Assembly (NCBI GenBank): GCA_963708025.1
Contig: CAVPSB010000049.1
Location: 1 to 64,000, forward strand
Length of the DNA stretch: 64,000 bases
Direction: 5' to 3'
Origin: an uncultured Candidatus Rokubacteria bacterium
GTDB taxonomy: Bacteria > Methylomirabilota > Methylomirabilia > Rokubacteriales > DASRDR01
Position 1 is the first letter of the stretch; each line of letters begins with the position of its first letter. The position numbers and the translations under genes are program-made. Below are positions 50,366 through 60,851 of the stretch, piece by piece. The notes under the pieces are model-generated. The model made no database searches. It was given only the letters and a program-made list of their open reading frames with translations, and was not told the DNA's origin.

Positions 50366-51493
50366 CTAGGCGCTCGACCTGCCAATGTCAAGCTGGCTGG
50401 CGGCTGGCGCGGGCACATGGCACCCGGCCAGGACGGCCTCCGCCTCGGCCCCGAGCCGCTCCCCGCACGCCGCCCGGCTCGCGCCGCCGGCGAGGACCGT
50501 GCAGATCGGGTGCGCCTCCTCGACGATCGCGCCGGGCGGCGGAACGTCCCGGACGCCGCGCTCCAGCCAGCTGAGCGTGTCGCCGACCGCCACCCGCCGC
50601 GGAGCGTAGACGATGGCCTTGCCCCACGTGCCGTCCGGAGCCGTGACGGGCTCGGGCAGGGTGCCCCGGCACGCCGCCAGGTGCAGCGCGAAGGCCGACA
50701 CCCCGGCGGCCCGGTCCACGAGCTCCATGGACGCGCAGTAGCGAGGATTCACCTCGAGAAGGACCGGCCGCCCCGCGCTCAGGACGAAGTCGAACCCGTT
50801 GAGGCCGTGCAGTCCGAACTCCGAGGTCACCGCCTCGGCCAGCCGGCGCACCTCGTCCAGGGCGGCGGGGGGCGCCTCCAGCGGGAGGATGTTGCCGCCG
50901 TACAGGAAGCCGCGCGGGCCGCGGAGCTGCTCGGTCCACCCCAGGAGGACGCACCGGCTGCCGTCGGCCACGAAGGCAGCCGACGCCGGCGTACCCTCCA
51001 CGTGAGCCTGGAGCATCCGACCGGAGGCCAGCGACTCGCCCGTCCAGACCCGGATCCCCACGCCGCCCCCGCCCCGGATCGGCTTGCTGAGCCAGCGCCC
51101 GCCCGGGGGCGGCGGCCCTCCGGGAAGAATGGTCTCCGGCACCGCGAAGCCGCGGGCGGCCAGGACGGGAAACAGGCGCGCCGGGTCGCGGACGCGCCGG
51201 AGCGTCTCCGGGGCGTTCCCCAGGAGCAGCTTGCCCTTCGCCAGGCGCGCGACCACCCCGGGATGATTCTCCAGCCCCCCGCAGTAGGCGACCGCGTCGT
51301 ACGCGAGGCCGCGGGCGGCCTCGAGGAGCGCAGCCGCCGAGTACTCGACCCCCCGCTCTCGCAGCGACACGTTGGGGCAGAGCCGCTTCTGGTCGACATC
51401 GCCGAAGTGGTCGACGGTGACGACGTCGCAGCCGGCGCGGACGGCCGACTCCGCGACCGCCCGGGTCGTCAGGCCCGCGATCAGGATCCTCAC
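50366..51493 (-). CDS. ATP-grasp protein of H4MPT/methanofuran gene clusters
   Basis: RAVAESA..DHFGDVD, GLEN, LEVNPR. Confidence 0.8.
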   Translation of the reverse strand: MRILIAGLTTRAVAESAVRAGCDVVTVDHFGDVDQKRLCPNVSLRERGVEYSAAALLEAARGLAYDAVAYCGGLENHPGVVARLAKGKLLLGNAPETLRRVRDPARLFPVLAARGFAVPETILPGGPPPPGGRWLSKPIRGGGGVGIRVWTGESLASGRMLQAHVEGTPASAAFVADGSRCVLLGWTEQLRGPRGFLYGGNILPLEAPPAALDEVRRLAEAVTSEFGLHGLNGFDFVLSAGRPVLLEVNPRYCASMELVDRAAGVSAFALHLAACRGTLPEPVTAPDGTWGKAIVYAPRRVAVGDTLSWLERGVRDVPPPGAIVEEAHPICTVLAGGASRAACGERLGAEAEAVLAGCHVPAPAASQLDIGRSSA

Positions 51494-52581
51494 CGGATAC
51501 CGAACTGGGCCCGGACGGCCTCCGCCCCCGCCACGTACAGGTGGTCGAGGAGCGTGCCGCGCGCCTGGCGCAGCCGCATCGCCTCGACCACGTCCCGGTG
51601 TCGGCCGCCCGCGAGCCCATCCGCGATCAGCGCCGCTCCCTGGGCGGCCTCCTTGCACGCTGCGAACCCGCCGAGGCGACGCACCGGCGTCTCGGCGCCG
51701 AGCGCCGCCGCCAGCGCCTCGGCGATCGCGGGGACCCGGGCCAGCCGGCCCGACAGCAGGATCTCCCGGGGCGCCGGGACGCTGACGCGGAGGGCGGCGA
51801 CCATCTTCCCAACCGCCTCGAGGAGCGCGTCCCACGCCACCTTCGCGCGCGGGTCCTCGACGGCCCGTCCGGGGAGCGCCTCCGGGGGCAGATCCGCGTC
51901 GCCGGCGACGAACGCCGCTCCCCCGGTGAAGAGCGCCGACTTCCGGACGCTGCCCAGCGCGTAGGCCAGCTCCCCGTCCAGCGTGCCGAGACCCCGATAG
52001 CCGAGCCCACCGCTGGTGCCGCCGATGCCGTCAACGACCTGGCCGCGGTCGACCGCGAGCGCCGCCGTGAAGACCCCGCCCAGCTCGACGACGATGAAGC
52101 TCGTCTCCCCCGCGGCCAGCGCGAGGCGCCGGGCCTGGTCCCGGATCCCCAGCGCCGCCACGCAGAGCTTGTCGGCGGTGCCCATGTCGACGCGGTTGAC
52201 CTTGCGGTGCGGCGGCACGGTCGGTAGGTGGATGACCCCGGGCAGCAGCACGGCCGGCAACCGGCGCGCGCGCATGAGCTCGATCATCGCCCGCAGCCCG
52301 CCGACCATCTCCGCCTGACCCCGGTCGTCCGGGCGGACGAGGATGAACTGGCCGAGCTGCGCCTCGTCGAGGTCGGCGACCGGGACGAGCGGGAGGCCGT
52401 AGCCAGAAGGGGCGGCGATCAGGTCGAGGGGGAGCGCAGCGGTGAGACGCTCGACGAGCAGCCCCGGGGTGCGGGCGGCATCCGCGGCCGCGATGGAGGC
52501 CTCCAGGAAGACGCGGTCGTCGTCCAGCCCGCAGAGGTCGAAGCTCAGCGTGCCCGGATCGACCCCGATGACACGCGGCAT
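51490..52581 (-). CDS. DUF1464 family (acetate/butyrate-kinase-like fold) protein
   Basis: GVDPGTLSFD, APSGYG, HRKVNRVDMGTADK, VDGIGGT. Confidence 0.85.
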   Translation of the reverse strand: MPRVIGVDPGTLSFDLCGLDDDRVFLEASIAAADAARTPGLLVERLTAALPLDLIAAPSGYGLPLVPVADLDEAQLGQFILVRPDDRGQAEMVGGLRAMIELMRARRLPAVLLPGVIHLPTVPPHRKVNRVDMGTADKLCVAALGIRDQARRLALAAGETSFIVVELGGVFTAALAVDRGQVVDGIGGTSGGLGYRGLGTLDGELAYALGSVRKSALFTGGAAFVAGDADLPPEALPGRAVEDPRAKVAWDALLEAVGKMVAALRVSVPAPREILLSGRLARVPAIAEALAAALGAETPVRRLGGFAACKEAAQGAALIADGLAGGRHRDVVEAMRLRQARGTLLDHLYVAGAEAVRAQFGIR

Positions 52582-52711
52582 GCGCGCGGCTACACGGACC
52601 GGGCGACGCCGTAGATGATTTCTTCAGCACCTCCCGCCCACCCCCCCAGCCCCCCCTCCCCCACCCACCGGGGGGGAGGGGGGGTGCGGAGCATCGATTC
52701 CGTCATTGCTC

Positions 52712-53566
52712 TCATGCCGACCGGGCGATGCCGTAGATCATTTCGAGGTCCAGCACCTCGTCGTTCCGCTCGAACAGCCGGGCCACGCAGGCCTTGTGGA
52801 CCTTCATCTTCAGGCTGCCGACCCCGAGGGCACCGAACACCTTCTTGCCCTCCCGATCGGTCGCCTTGTCGGTGGCCTCGATGCCCTCGATGCCGAGCGG
52901 CGGCACCGCGTTGACGTCGGCCAGGGCGACCAGCGTCGGGTGCCCGGCCCAGAGGGCGCGGCGGAGCAGGGTCGTTCCCGCCGCCCCGGCGGTGAGGCAG
53001 ACGTGCGCGCCTTCGAGCGCCCGGGCCACGCCGGCGTCGTCACGGGCCTCGGCGGGCGTCACCTGGACGCCGAAGCGCGCCTCCAGCTCCCTGGCCACGG
53101 CGCCGGCCCGGTCGAGCGATCGCGACGTCAGGGTGACCGCCGCGCCCTCCCGGGCGAACAGGACCGCGGCGCGGATGCCGACCGGGCCGGTGCCGGCCAG
53201 GATGACCACCCGCTTGCCCTTCAGCTCGACCACCCCGGCCAGCCGCGCCACCGCCGCCGCCGCCGTGGTGTTGCAGCCGTTGGAGTCCATCATGAGGCTC
53301 ACCCGGAACGGCCCGAAGAAGGCCTTCCGTGCTGCCTCCAGCAACGCCTCGCCCGCCGCGGTGTCGCTCCCCCCGATCCAGGCCGCCGTGTGGCGCAGCT
53401 CGGCCGGACCGCGCGTGAAGATGGCGCCGTGGAGCAGCGGCGTCACATCCGCCGGCGCGATGCCCCCGTAGCTCAGCACCTCGTCGGCGCCCGCGTCGTA
53501 GGCGACGATCCGGTCGAAGGCGCTCGGGTGCCTGTCGGAGTCGAGCTGCAGGAGGAGCTTCTTCAT
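52712..53566 (-). CDS. mtd: NAD(P)-dependent methylene-H4MPT/H4F dehydrogenase (MtdA/MtdC-like)
   Basis: LQLDSD..SAFD..YDAG, IFTRG, DSNGCNTTAAA, GTGPVG, DVNAVPPLG. Confidence 0.92.
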   Translation of the reverse strand: MKKLLLQLDSDRHPSAFDRIVAYDAGADEVLSYGGIAPADVTPLLHGAIFTRGPAELRHTAAWIGGSDTAAGEALLEAARKAFFGPFRVSLMMDSNGCNTTAAAAVARLAGVVELKGKRVVILAGTGPVGIRAAVLFAREGAAVTLTSRSLDRAGAVARELEARFGVQVTPAEARDDAGVARALEGAHVCLTAGAAGTTLLRRALWAGHPTLVALADVNAVPPLGIEGIEATDKATDREGKKVFGALGVGSLKMKVHKACVARLFERNDEVLDLEMIYGIARSA

Positions 53567-53647
53567 CGACGGCCTCCAGCCGGAAGGTGGGTGGCGCCGG
53601 GTGATCGCGGGTGCCGGGATGGACGCCATTGTACCGCACTCGCGCCC

Positions 53648-53676
53648 TTGACAGCCCGGCCGGCGCCGCCTACGGT
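53648..53676 (+). promoter_or_regulatory. Sigma70 promoter of the TPR gene
   Basis: TTGACA-17 nt-TACGGT. Confidence 0.6.
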
Positions 53677-53693
53677 GGGCGCTGGAGGCGTCC

Positions 53694-54869
53694 ATGACCC
53701 CCGATTCCATCGTCCGCGCACTGCTCTTCGTCCTGGTCGGGGTCCTCGCGCTGGCCGGGCCCGCCCGCGCCCAGCACTGGGGCCATTCGACGCCCGCGGC
53801 CCCGCCGCCGGCGAGCGGCGACCACCAGGGCCACCAGATGGACCACTCCACGGCCGAGTCCGGCCCGGCGATGTTGTGGCAGATGTACATGGACATCGGC
53901 ATCCAGGCATACCGGCACGGCCTGTGGAGCGAGGCGGAGAAGACGTTCACCTCCGCCGTCAAGGAGGGGCGCACCCTCGGAGCGGCCGATCCGCGGCTGG
54001 CAACCAGCCTCAACAACCTGGGCGAGCTGTTCCGGGTTCAGGGCCGGCTGCCGGCCGCCGAGCAGGCGCTGAAGGAGGCGCTGGCGATCCGGGAGAAGGC
54101 CCTGGGGCCGGATCATGTCCAGGTGGCCGAGACCGTGAACAACCTCGCGCTCACCGCGCAGGCGCAGGGCCGGTCCATGGAGGCGGAGGGCCTCTATCGA
54201 CGCGCCATCGCCATCTGGGAGAGGGCCCTGGGGCCCGACGACCCGCGAGTGGCCGTCGGCCTCAACAACCTGGCGATGGCCTACTGGGAGCGACGCGACT
54301 ACGTCCAGGCCGAGCCGCTCTTCAAGCGGTCGCTGGCGATCCGGGAGAAGCTCCAGGGGTCCGAGCACCCGGAGGTCGCGGTGGCCCTGAGCAATCTCGC
54401 CGAGGTGTACCGGGCGGAGCGGCGGTACGCGGAGGCCGAGCCGCTCTACCGGCGGGCCCTCGCCATCCTCGAGAAGGACCCGGGGCCGGACCAGCCCGGC
54501 GTCGCGGTCGTCCTCGGCGAGATGGCGGACAGCTACCGCGCCCAGGGACGCCAGGCCGACGCCGACGCGCTCTACCGGCGGGCCCTCGCGATCTGGGAAA
54601 AGACGGTCGGCCCCTATCACCCGCGGGTCGCCACCACCCTCAACGGCCTCGCGCTCGTCGAGGAGGCACGGGGCCGCTCCGGCGAGGCCGAGGCGCTCCT
54701 CACCCGCGCGCTCCGGATCTACGACGGCCCTGCCGGCGACCTGCCCGAGAGCCGACCCGCCCAGGCCCAGATCCTGGGGAATCTCGCCACGGTCTACCGG
54801 GCGCTCGGCAAGCCCGACCAGGCCGCCGCCGCCGAGGCCCGCGCCGCCGCCCTGGCTCTTCCCCGGTAG
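53694..54869 (+). CDS. Exported tetratricopeptide repeat protein
   Basis: Signal peptide; about 42-aa repeats LNNLA..AEPLY.RALAI.EK.LGPDHP. Confidence 0.9.
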   Translation: MTPDSIVRALLFVLVGVLALAGPARAQHWGHSTPAAPPPASGDHQGHQMDHSTAESGPAMLWQMYMDIGIQAYRHGLWSEAEKTFTSAVKEGRTLGAADPRLATSLNNLGELFRVQGRLPAAEQALKEALAIREKALGPDHVQVAETVNNLALTAQAQGRSMEAEGLYRRAIAIWERALGPDDPRVAVGLNNLAMAYWERRDYVQAEPLFKRSLAIREKLQGSEHPEVAVALSNLAEVYRAERRYAEAEPLYRRALAILEKDPGPDQPGVAVVLGEMADSYRAQGRQADADALYRRALAIWEKTVGPYHPRVATTLNGLALVEEARGRSGEAEALLTRALRIYDGPAGDLPESRPAQAQILGNLATVYRALGKPDQAAAAEARAAALALPR

Positions 54870-55057
54870 AGTCGGCGAGGACGTCGCGACCACGGGCGAG
54901 GACGCCCCGGCCTCGGCGTCACATGATCAGGGAGTCGACCACCTCGTAGCGGTTCGTCACGACGCTGGCGCCGGTGGCAGCTGAATCACTCCACACCCCG
55001 TATGTCCTCGTCGTGCGCTTGCAGACGCAGCTCGGTGGCGAGGGTCCCCCGAGTTGG

Positions 55058-55372
55058 CTAGCTCCGTCCTCCGCCGGACCTTGCAGATGATGCCCACGTT
55101 CTTGCCAACGCGGTCATGCTCGCCTCGTGTTCAGGCCAATCATGAAGTGTCGCGGGATCGAAGTCCGCCCCGTTCGGCCATACGAGAGTGTGAACCTCGG
55201 GGTCTACGCAGACGGCGTTGAATAGGCCCACGTCACGCAATGGACCATAGAGCTCACCCTCCAGAACTGGGCGCAAGTCGATCGTGCTCGACAGCCCGTC
55301 CCCAGACACGATCCGCAGACGATAGGGTCCGACGATCTCGAAGCCCGTGATCCTGTGAATCGGGTGCCTCAT
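55058..55372 (-). CDS. DUF2442 family protein (putative antitoxin)
   Basis: YRLRI..IDL..GPLRD..TLVWPNGADFDP. Confidence 0.85.
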   Translation of the reverse strand: MRHPIHRITGFEIVGPYRLRIVSGDGLSSTIDLRPVLEGELYGPLRDVGLFNAVCVDPEVHTLVWPNGADFDPATLHDWPEHEASMTALARTWASSARSGGGRS

Positions 55373-55385
55373 GAGAGCTGCCTCC

Positions 55386-55530
55386 TTACCGAAGCGGCTC
55401 GATCTTGAGAGGCGGACGACCCGCCTGCAGGCGCTCCCACCCATCCAGCAGCTCACTCCGGTGGATCTCCGCCGACGCTTCGACGAGACGTTGCTGCCGC
55501 TGCGGCAGTCTGCCAGCGACGAGTTCGCCC
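55386..55530 (-). pseudogene. 5'-truncated DUF4160 family gene (putative toxin)
   Basis: Frame not in the ORF track reads GRLPQRQQRLVEASAEIHRSELLDGWERLQAGRPPLKIEPLR*; N-terminal half not recognisable. Confidence 0.7.
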
Positions 55531-55596
55531 CTGCTGCCCACGGCACAGGGGAAGCGGGCCTTGCCTGTGCCATGGGCGAGCCCGGTGGCGCGAGCG

Positions 55597-56988
55597 TCAC
55601 CCCGGGCGGTCGCGGCGGGGGCCTTCGAGCTTCACCCGGCCGTGGCGGGACTCCTCGGCGGCGGGTGGCGTGAGGTACCCCCAGCGGAGCGGCTGCTCCT
55701 GAACGTAGGTCTTCCCGAGGAGGAGCGCGAGCCGGGCCTTCATCAGCTCCTTGCCGAGGTAGAAGGCGTGCCCGGGATCCTCGACCCCCAGCTGCTCGAA
55801 GAGGGCCTGGATGTCGGTCCCCTGGACGAACAGCCGGTGGTTGAAGACGCAGATGGACTCCCGCGTGGTGTAGATCCGGAAGTTCGGGTCGGTGATGGCC
55901 GCCTGCAGCGCCCGCAGCTCGGCCTCGGTGGCGTACTTCGGGCGGGCGTCCTTGACCGTGAGCAGGCGGTCGTCGATCTTCTTGGGGACGACGCCCCGCC
56001 GGCGGGCGGCATACATGAGCCGCCGGGCCACGTCCACCTCCCGCACGGCGCCGCGCGCCCAGTCGATCACCTCGGTCGTCAGCACGTGGCGGATCCCCAG
56101 CTCCTGGCAGAACCCGATCAGGAGCGCGTTGACCCCGGTGGTGTCGGCCTCGGTCAGCTCGGTGACGTTCCCGATCCCCATCAGCATCTCGGCGTCGGGG
56201 TGCCGGGCGCGCACCTGGACGTAGCGCTCGAGGGCGGTGGGGAAGCCGAAGTTGATCGGCTCGATGATCGGGTCGACGATGTACGGCCGCCCGATCCGCT
56301 CGAGGTGCGCGATGTTCCGGTCGAGGGTGTCCGAGGCCCTGGCCGAAGTCGGGGATGACGACGACCGTGCAGTGCAGCGCCTCGGCGACGTCGAGGTTGG
56401 TGCCGTTGACGCTGAGCAGGTAGTCCACCCCGGCCCGGTCGGCGGCCAGGATCTCGCCGGTGTCGAACGTGTCGATGCTGACCGCCATGCCGCGGGCCTT
56501 CAGGAGCGCCGATCACCTCGGCCGCGTCCTCGAACTTCCGGTCGAGCGAGCAGCCGAGGTCGATGACGTCCGCCCCGCTCGCCCGGTAGTAGTCGGCCAG
56601 GCGGACGACCTCCGCCCGGTCGAGGTACGGGACGTTGTTGATCTCGGCGAAGATCCGGATGTCGTGCCCGCCGTAGTCCTCCCGCAGCGCCGCCTGGCCG
56701 AAGTACTCCGGCAGGTCGCGGAGGTCGGCCGGCCCCTTCTCCACCCGGACCCCCGCCCGGTCCTCGAGGACGCGCAGGTCGCCCTCGCAGAGGCCGGGGA
56801 TCAGGATCCGCTCGACGCCGTCGACCGCTCGGGAGGTGCTTGGCGATCCACGGCGTCGTCATCAGCGCGGCGACCGTGATCCGCATGACCGCGACGTCGT
56901 ACTCGAAGGCCGGCGCCATGGCCTCGAGTGTCGTGCGCAGCGCCGGGGCCGCCAGCTTGCCGGTGACGAGGAGCCGGTCTTGCGCCAT
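55597..56988 (-). CDS. Dihydropteroate-synthase-like H4MPT biosynthesis protein (Orf20-type), about 3 frameshifts
   Basis: VTGKLA..VAALMT; KGPADLRDLPEYFG..GADVIDLG; MGIGNVTELTEADT..HAFYLGKEL..YVQE. Confidence 0.85.
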
Positions 56989-57048
56989 GCCGGCGAGTCG
57001 CCTCGACGTCGGCGCGGCGTTCGCGGAGGCCGGGCCGGCGCGACGTCC

Positions 57049-57430
57049 TCAGGCCGGCTTGTCAGGGCTGCCGCCGCGCACCCACTTGTTGGGGGTCCCC
57101 TCCATGGGCTCCCCGGGCTTCGGCCGCCACAGCGACCGTCTCCTCGATCTTCCGGGCCACCGCGAAGTCCCGGTCGGTGATGCCGTTGGAGGAGTGGGTG
57201 CGGAGCTTGACCCACACCTTGCCCCAGGTGACCTCGAGGTCCGGGTGATGCCAGGCCGCCTCCGCCACGAAGCCGATGGTGTTGACCAGCGCCAGCGTGG
57301 TCAGCCACCCGTCGGTGTTGTACTTGCGGCGGATCCACTTCCCCTCGTACCACCAGTCCGGCAGCTCGTCCTTCAGCCGCTTCTCGATCACGTCGTCGGC
57401 CAGAACGGGCAGCTTCTTCTCCTCGGCCAT
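57049..57430 (-). CDS. Pterin-4a-carbinolamine dehydratase family protein (frameshift near 57133)
   Basis: AEAAWHHPDL, THSSNGITDRDF. Confidence 0.88.
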
Positions 57431-57581
57431 GGTCCACCTCCCGCGATCCGCGGTCTGTCCTATGCGAGTGTCAAAGTGCCGCGTCTCGACCGTGGCAAGC
57501 TTGGAAGGCCCCTCCGAGCGGCGGCTTCGCCGCCGCACCCGACGGGGGGGCATCGGGCGGGTCTTCGGACCCCCCCGGAGA

Positions 57582-58344
57582 CTATCCCATCACGACGCCG
57601 CCGCCGACGAGGAGGGTCTCGCCCGTGATGAACGACGCCTCCGGTGAGGCGAGGAACACCACGGCCGACGCCAACGTCCGCGGGGGTCCCCCAGCGCCCG
57701 AGCGGCGTCGCGCTGCACCACCGCCCGACGCGTCGCGTCATCCGACCTCGTCGAGCCACTCGGTCATGATCCAGCCCGGCGCCACCACGTTCACGCGAAC
57801 CCGGGGCGCGAACTCGCGCGCCAGGCACCGGCTCATCGCCGCCACGCCGCCCTTCGCCGCCGCGTAGATCGCGGCGGTCGGGTTCCCCATCCCGTGCGCG
57901 ACGTGGTCCCACGCGACGTTGACGACCACGCCTCCTTCCCGCTCCCGCATCGCCGCCGCCGCGGCGCGCGAGCCGAGCCAGGTCCCCTTGAGGTCCACCG
58001 CCATCACGCGGTCCCACTTCGCCTCGTCCGGCCAGCCCGCGGCGTCTCCGGTGAGGATGTCCGCCCCGGCGTTGTTGACCCAGGCGTCGATCCGGCCGAA
58101 GGCGGTCAGCACCCCGTCGAGGAGCCGCCGGACGTCGTCCGCGCGGGAGACGTCGGCCGGCAGCGCGACGGCCCGCCGACCCAGATCCCCGATCTCCCCG
58201 ACCACCGCGTCGGCCAGCTCCCGCGAGCGCGCGTAGTTGACGACGACGTCGCGCCCCGGCCCGCGCGAGCGCCAGGGCGATCCCACGGCCGATCCCCCGG
58301 CTCGCGCCTGTCACGACCGCCACCCGGCCCGCCAGGGGACCCAC
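57582..58344 (-). CDS. Short-chain dehydrogenase/reductase, frameshifted
   Basis: TGASRGIG, VNNAG, YAAAK, VNVVAPG, TPLGRWGTPADV spread over several frames. Confidence 0.85.
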
Positions 58345-58360
58345 GTCGTCGCGTCCGGTG

Positions 58361-58903
58361 CTACGGGCGGCGGGCCAGCAGCGCGGTCAGGACGGGGCGG
58401 CCCTCGGTGTCCCAGTCGCGCGAGCCGACGCCGCGCCCGACCCACTGCCCGTCCCGGCCCAGGAGGACCACGGTCGGGGTGCCGGTCACGCGGTAGGCCC
58501 GGGTGACCGTCCCGTCGGTGTCGAGCAGCACCGGCATGCTGAGCCCGCGCTGCCTCACCCACGTCGGCGACGCGGTCCGGCGGCTCCGCGATGTTGATCG
58601 CCCACATCGTCAGCCCCTGCGGGCCCGAGCTCCCGGTGCAGCGTCTCCATGGACGAGGGCAACTCCCTCGTGCAGTGCGGTCACCAGGTCGCCCAGAAGT
58701 AGAGGAACGCCACCCGACCCTGGAGGTCCTCCAGGCGGTGCGCCGGCCGTCGAGCCCGGGGAGCGCCAGCGCCGGCGGCTCGCCCGACAGCGGTCGCAGC
58801 CCGAAGTCCTGAGGAGCCAGGCGACCGAGCCGGACTCGGCGCCGGCGGCGGTGGCCGCCCAGAGGCCCACCGCGATCAGCCCGCCCAGGACCCATCTCCG
58901 CAT
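58361..58903 (-). CDS. TlpA-like thioredoxin family protein, frameshifted
   Basis: Signal peptide; FWATW segment; VLLDTDG..YRVTGTPT..VGSRDW. Confidence 0.7.
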
Positions 58904-58933
58904 GCTCGACTCCTCCGGATGCGCAGCCGGCCG

Positions 58934-59715
58934 TCACCGGGCGTCGCGGACGCCGCCGAGGCCGCGCAGCGGAAGCCCAGGTCCCCGATGCGCCGGTACA
59001 TGTGGTCGGCGGTGGCCCGGTAGGTCGTCCGCGCGTACCGCGCCCCAGTAGTACCAGCTTCCCCCGCGGTTCACGCGGGCCCCCCGGGCCTCGAGGTCCT
59101 CCCGGCCGTCGGCCGCGTCGTAGGGATACGGCCGGTAGAGGGAGGAGGTCCACTCCCAGACGTTGCCGGCCATGTCGAGCGCCCCGTAGGGCGACGCGCC
59201 CGCCGGGTAGCTGCCCGACCGCGGTGGTGCCGGCCGTGTATCCCGCGTTCGCCCGGTCGGGGTCCCGAACCGGTCGCCCCACGGGTAGCGCCGGCCGTCC
59301 ACGCCGCGGGCCGCCTTCTCCCACTCCGCCTCGGTCGGCAGCCGCTTGCCGGCCCACCGGCAGTACGTCACCGCCTGCCGCCAGCTGACGACGGCCACGG
59401 GGTGCTCCGACCTCGCGGGGTCGTCGACCCCGGTACCGGTCGAGACCGTGCAGGCCCCGCCGCGACACAGCGGGGGTAGCGGGCGTTCGTCACCTCGACC
59501 CGGTCGATCTGGAACGCCCCGACGAAGACGCGCCCCGTCAGGCGCTCGTCGTCGTCCGCGTCGGCATCGTCGGCTCCCATGACGAACTCGCCGGCCGGCA
59601 CCGGGACCATCTCCACCTCGTCCCGGCCCGGCATCGCCGGGCTCGGGGTGACGGCCAGGAGCCACGCGCCCAGGAGCCACGCGCCCACGCGCGCCACTCC
59701 GCCAGGGCCGCTCAC
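58934..59715 (-). CDS. Formylglycine-generating-enzyme (SUMF1) domain protein, frameshifted
   Basis: [43 protein letters not shown]. Confidence 0.85.
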
Positions 59716-59761
59716 TGCCCTGCCCTCGGAGCAGCGGCGTCTTTCATGGGCGGGTGGGACC

Positions 59762-60070
59762 GGGCCGCGACCCGAGCAGCCCGCGGACGCAGGCGAGCGG
59801 CGAACCTCCGGGCCGAGACCCGAGCAGCCCGAGGACGCAGGCGAGCGGCCTGCCCCGGGCCGGCCGCGGGTCGAGACCCGAGCAGTCCGAGGACGCAGGG
59901 AGGAGGCGGCCCGAGGCGTGTGCCGCACACGTTGAGGGCCGCCGACGACCGAGGACGAAGGAATGCGACGGGGATCGGCCCGCCGCCGGCCCGGGGCCGA
60001 GGCGGGTGCCGCATCCGTTGAGGGCGCTCCTGCCTCGCCGAGGACGACGGGATGCGACGGGTCTCGGCCC
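59762..60070 (+). repeat. Composite/nested family A repeat (three left ends, two right ends)
   Basis: GACCCGAGCAG.CCG.GGACGCAGG three times; CGAGGACGA.GG.ATGCGACGGG twice. Confidence 0.85.
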
Positions 60071-60113
60071 GGAGGCGACGGGCCCCGGCCCGAGCCACTC
60101 AGCGCCATCGCGC

Positions 60114-60142
60114 TTGTCCCCCCGCCTCGCCCACACTATAAT
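60114..60142 (+). promoter_or_regulatory. Sigma70 promoter, probably leaderless mfnB transcript
   Basis: TTGTCC-17 nt-TATAAT, 8 nt before ATG 60151. Confidence 0.75.
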
Positions 60143-60150
60143 CCCGGCCG

Positions 60151-60851
60151 ATGCGCCTCCTCATCAGCGTCGTGGAGGCCGCCGAGGCGATCGAGGCGGC
60201 GGCGTCCGGCGCCGACATCGTCGACGTCAAGGACCCGACGACCGGGGCGCTCGGCGCGGCGGCGCCCGGCGTGGTCGGCGGGTCCGCGCCGCGACGCCGG
60301 CTGCACCTGCCGGTCAGCGTCGCCCTCGGCGACGGGCCGTTCGAGGCGGCGGCCGTGGCCCGGGCGGCGCTGGCCGTCGCCGGGCGGGGCGCCGCGTTCG
60401 TCAAGCTCGGCCTGCGGGACACCGCCGCCGACCGCGCGCGCGACACCTTGCGGACCGTGCGGGCCGCCCTGCCGGCCGGACGTCGCGCTCATCGTCGCCG
60501 GCGTTCGCCGACTTCGACCGGGCCCACGCGCCCCACCCGCTCGACGTGCCCGGCGCTGGCACGGGAAGCAGGCGCCCAGGGCGCGCTCCTCGACACCGCG
60601 GTCAAGGACGGCCGGGGCCTCTTCCACTGGCTGGACGAGCGCCAGCTCCGGGCGCTTCGTCGCCGCCTGCCGCGAGCCACGGCCTGCTCTCGGCGCTGGC
60701 CGGGTCGCTGGCGGCGGCCGACCTGCCCCGACTCGTCCCGATCGGCCCGGACATCGTCGGCGTGCGCGGCGCCGCCTGCGTCGGCGACCGCGTCCGGGGC
60801 CGCGTGAGCGGCGACCGCGTCCGGGCGCTGGGCTCGCGCGCTCCAGCCGGC
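60151..60851 (+). CDS. mfnB: (5-formylfuran-3-yl)methyl phosphate synthase, frameshifted, end uncertain
   Basis: MRLLISV..EA..GADIVDVKDP..GALGA, VSVALGD, LDTAVKDG, ALAGSL, VGVRGAAC. Confidence 0.88.

Noticed and set aside
54971-55589. CCGGTGGC pair as a target-site duplication around the TA relic
   Set aside because: An 8-bp GC-rich match is expected by chance, and removing the segment restores no convincing ORF
59762-60070. CRISPR-like array
   Set aside because: Units are ends of repeat family A with related, irregular spacers; no cas genes
55597-60851. Mass pseudogenisation of the C1 cluster
   Set aside because: Lesions are almost all 1-bp indels with intact motifs, typical of low-coverage long-read consensus; reads are needed to exclude real decay
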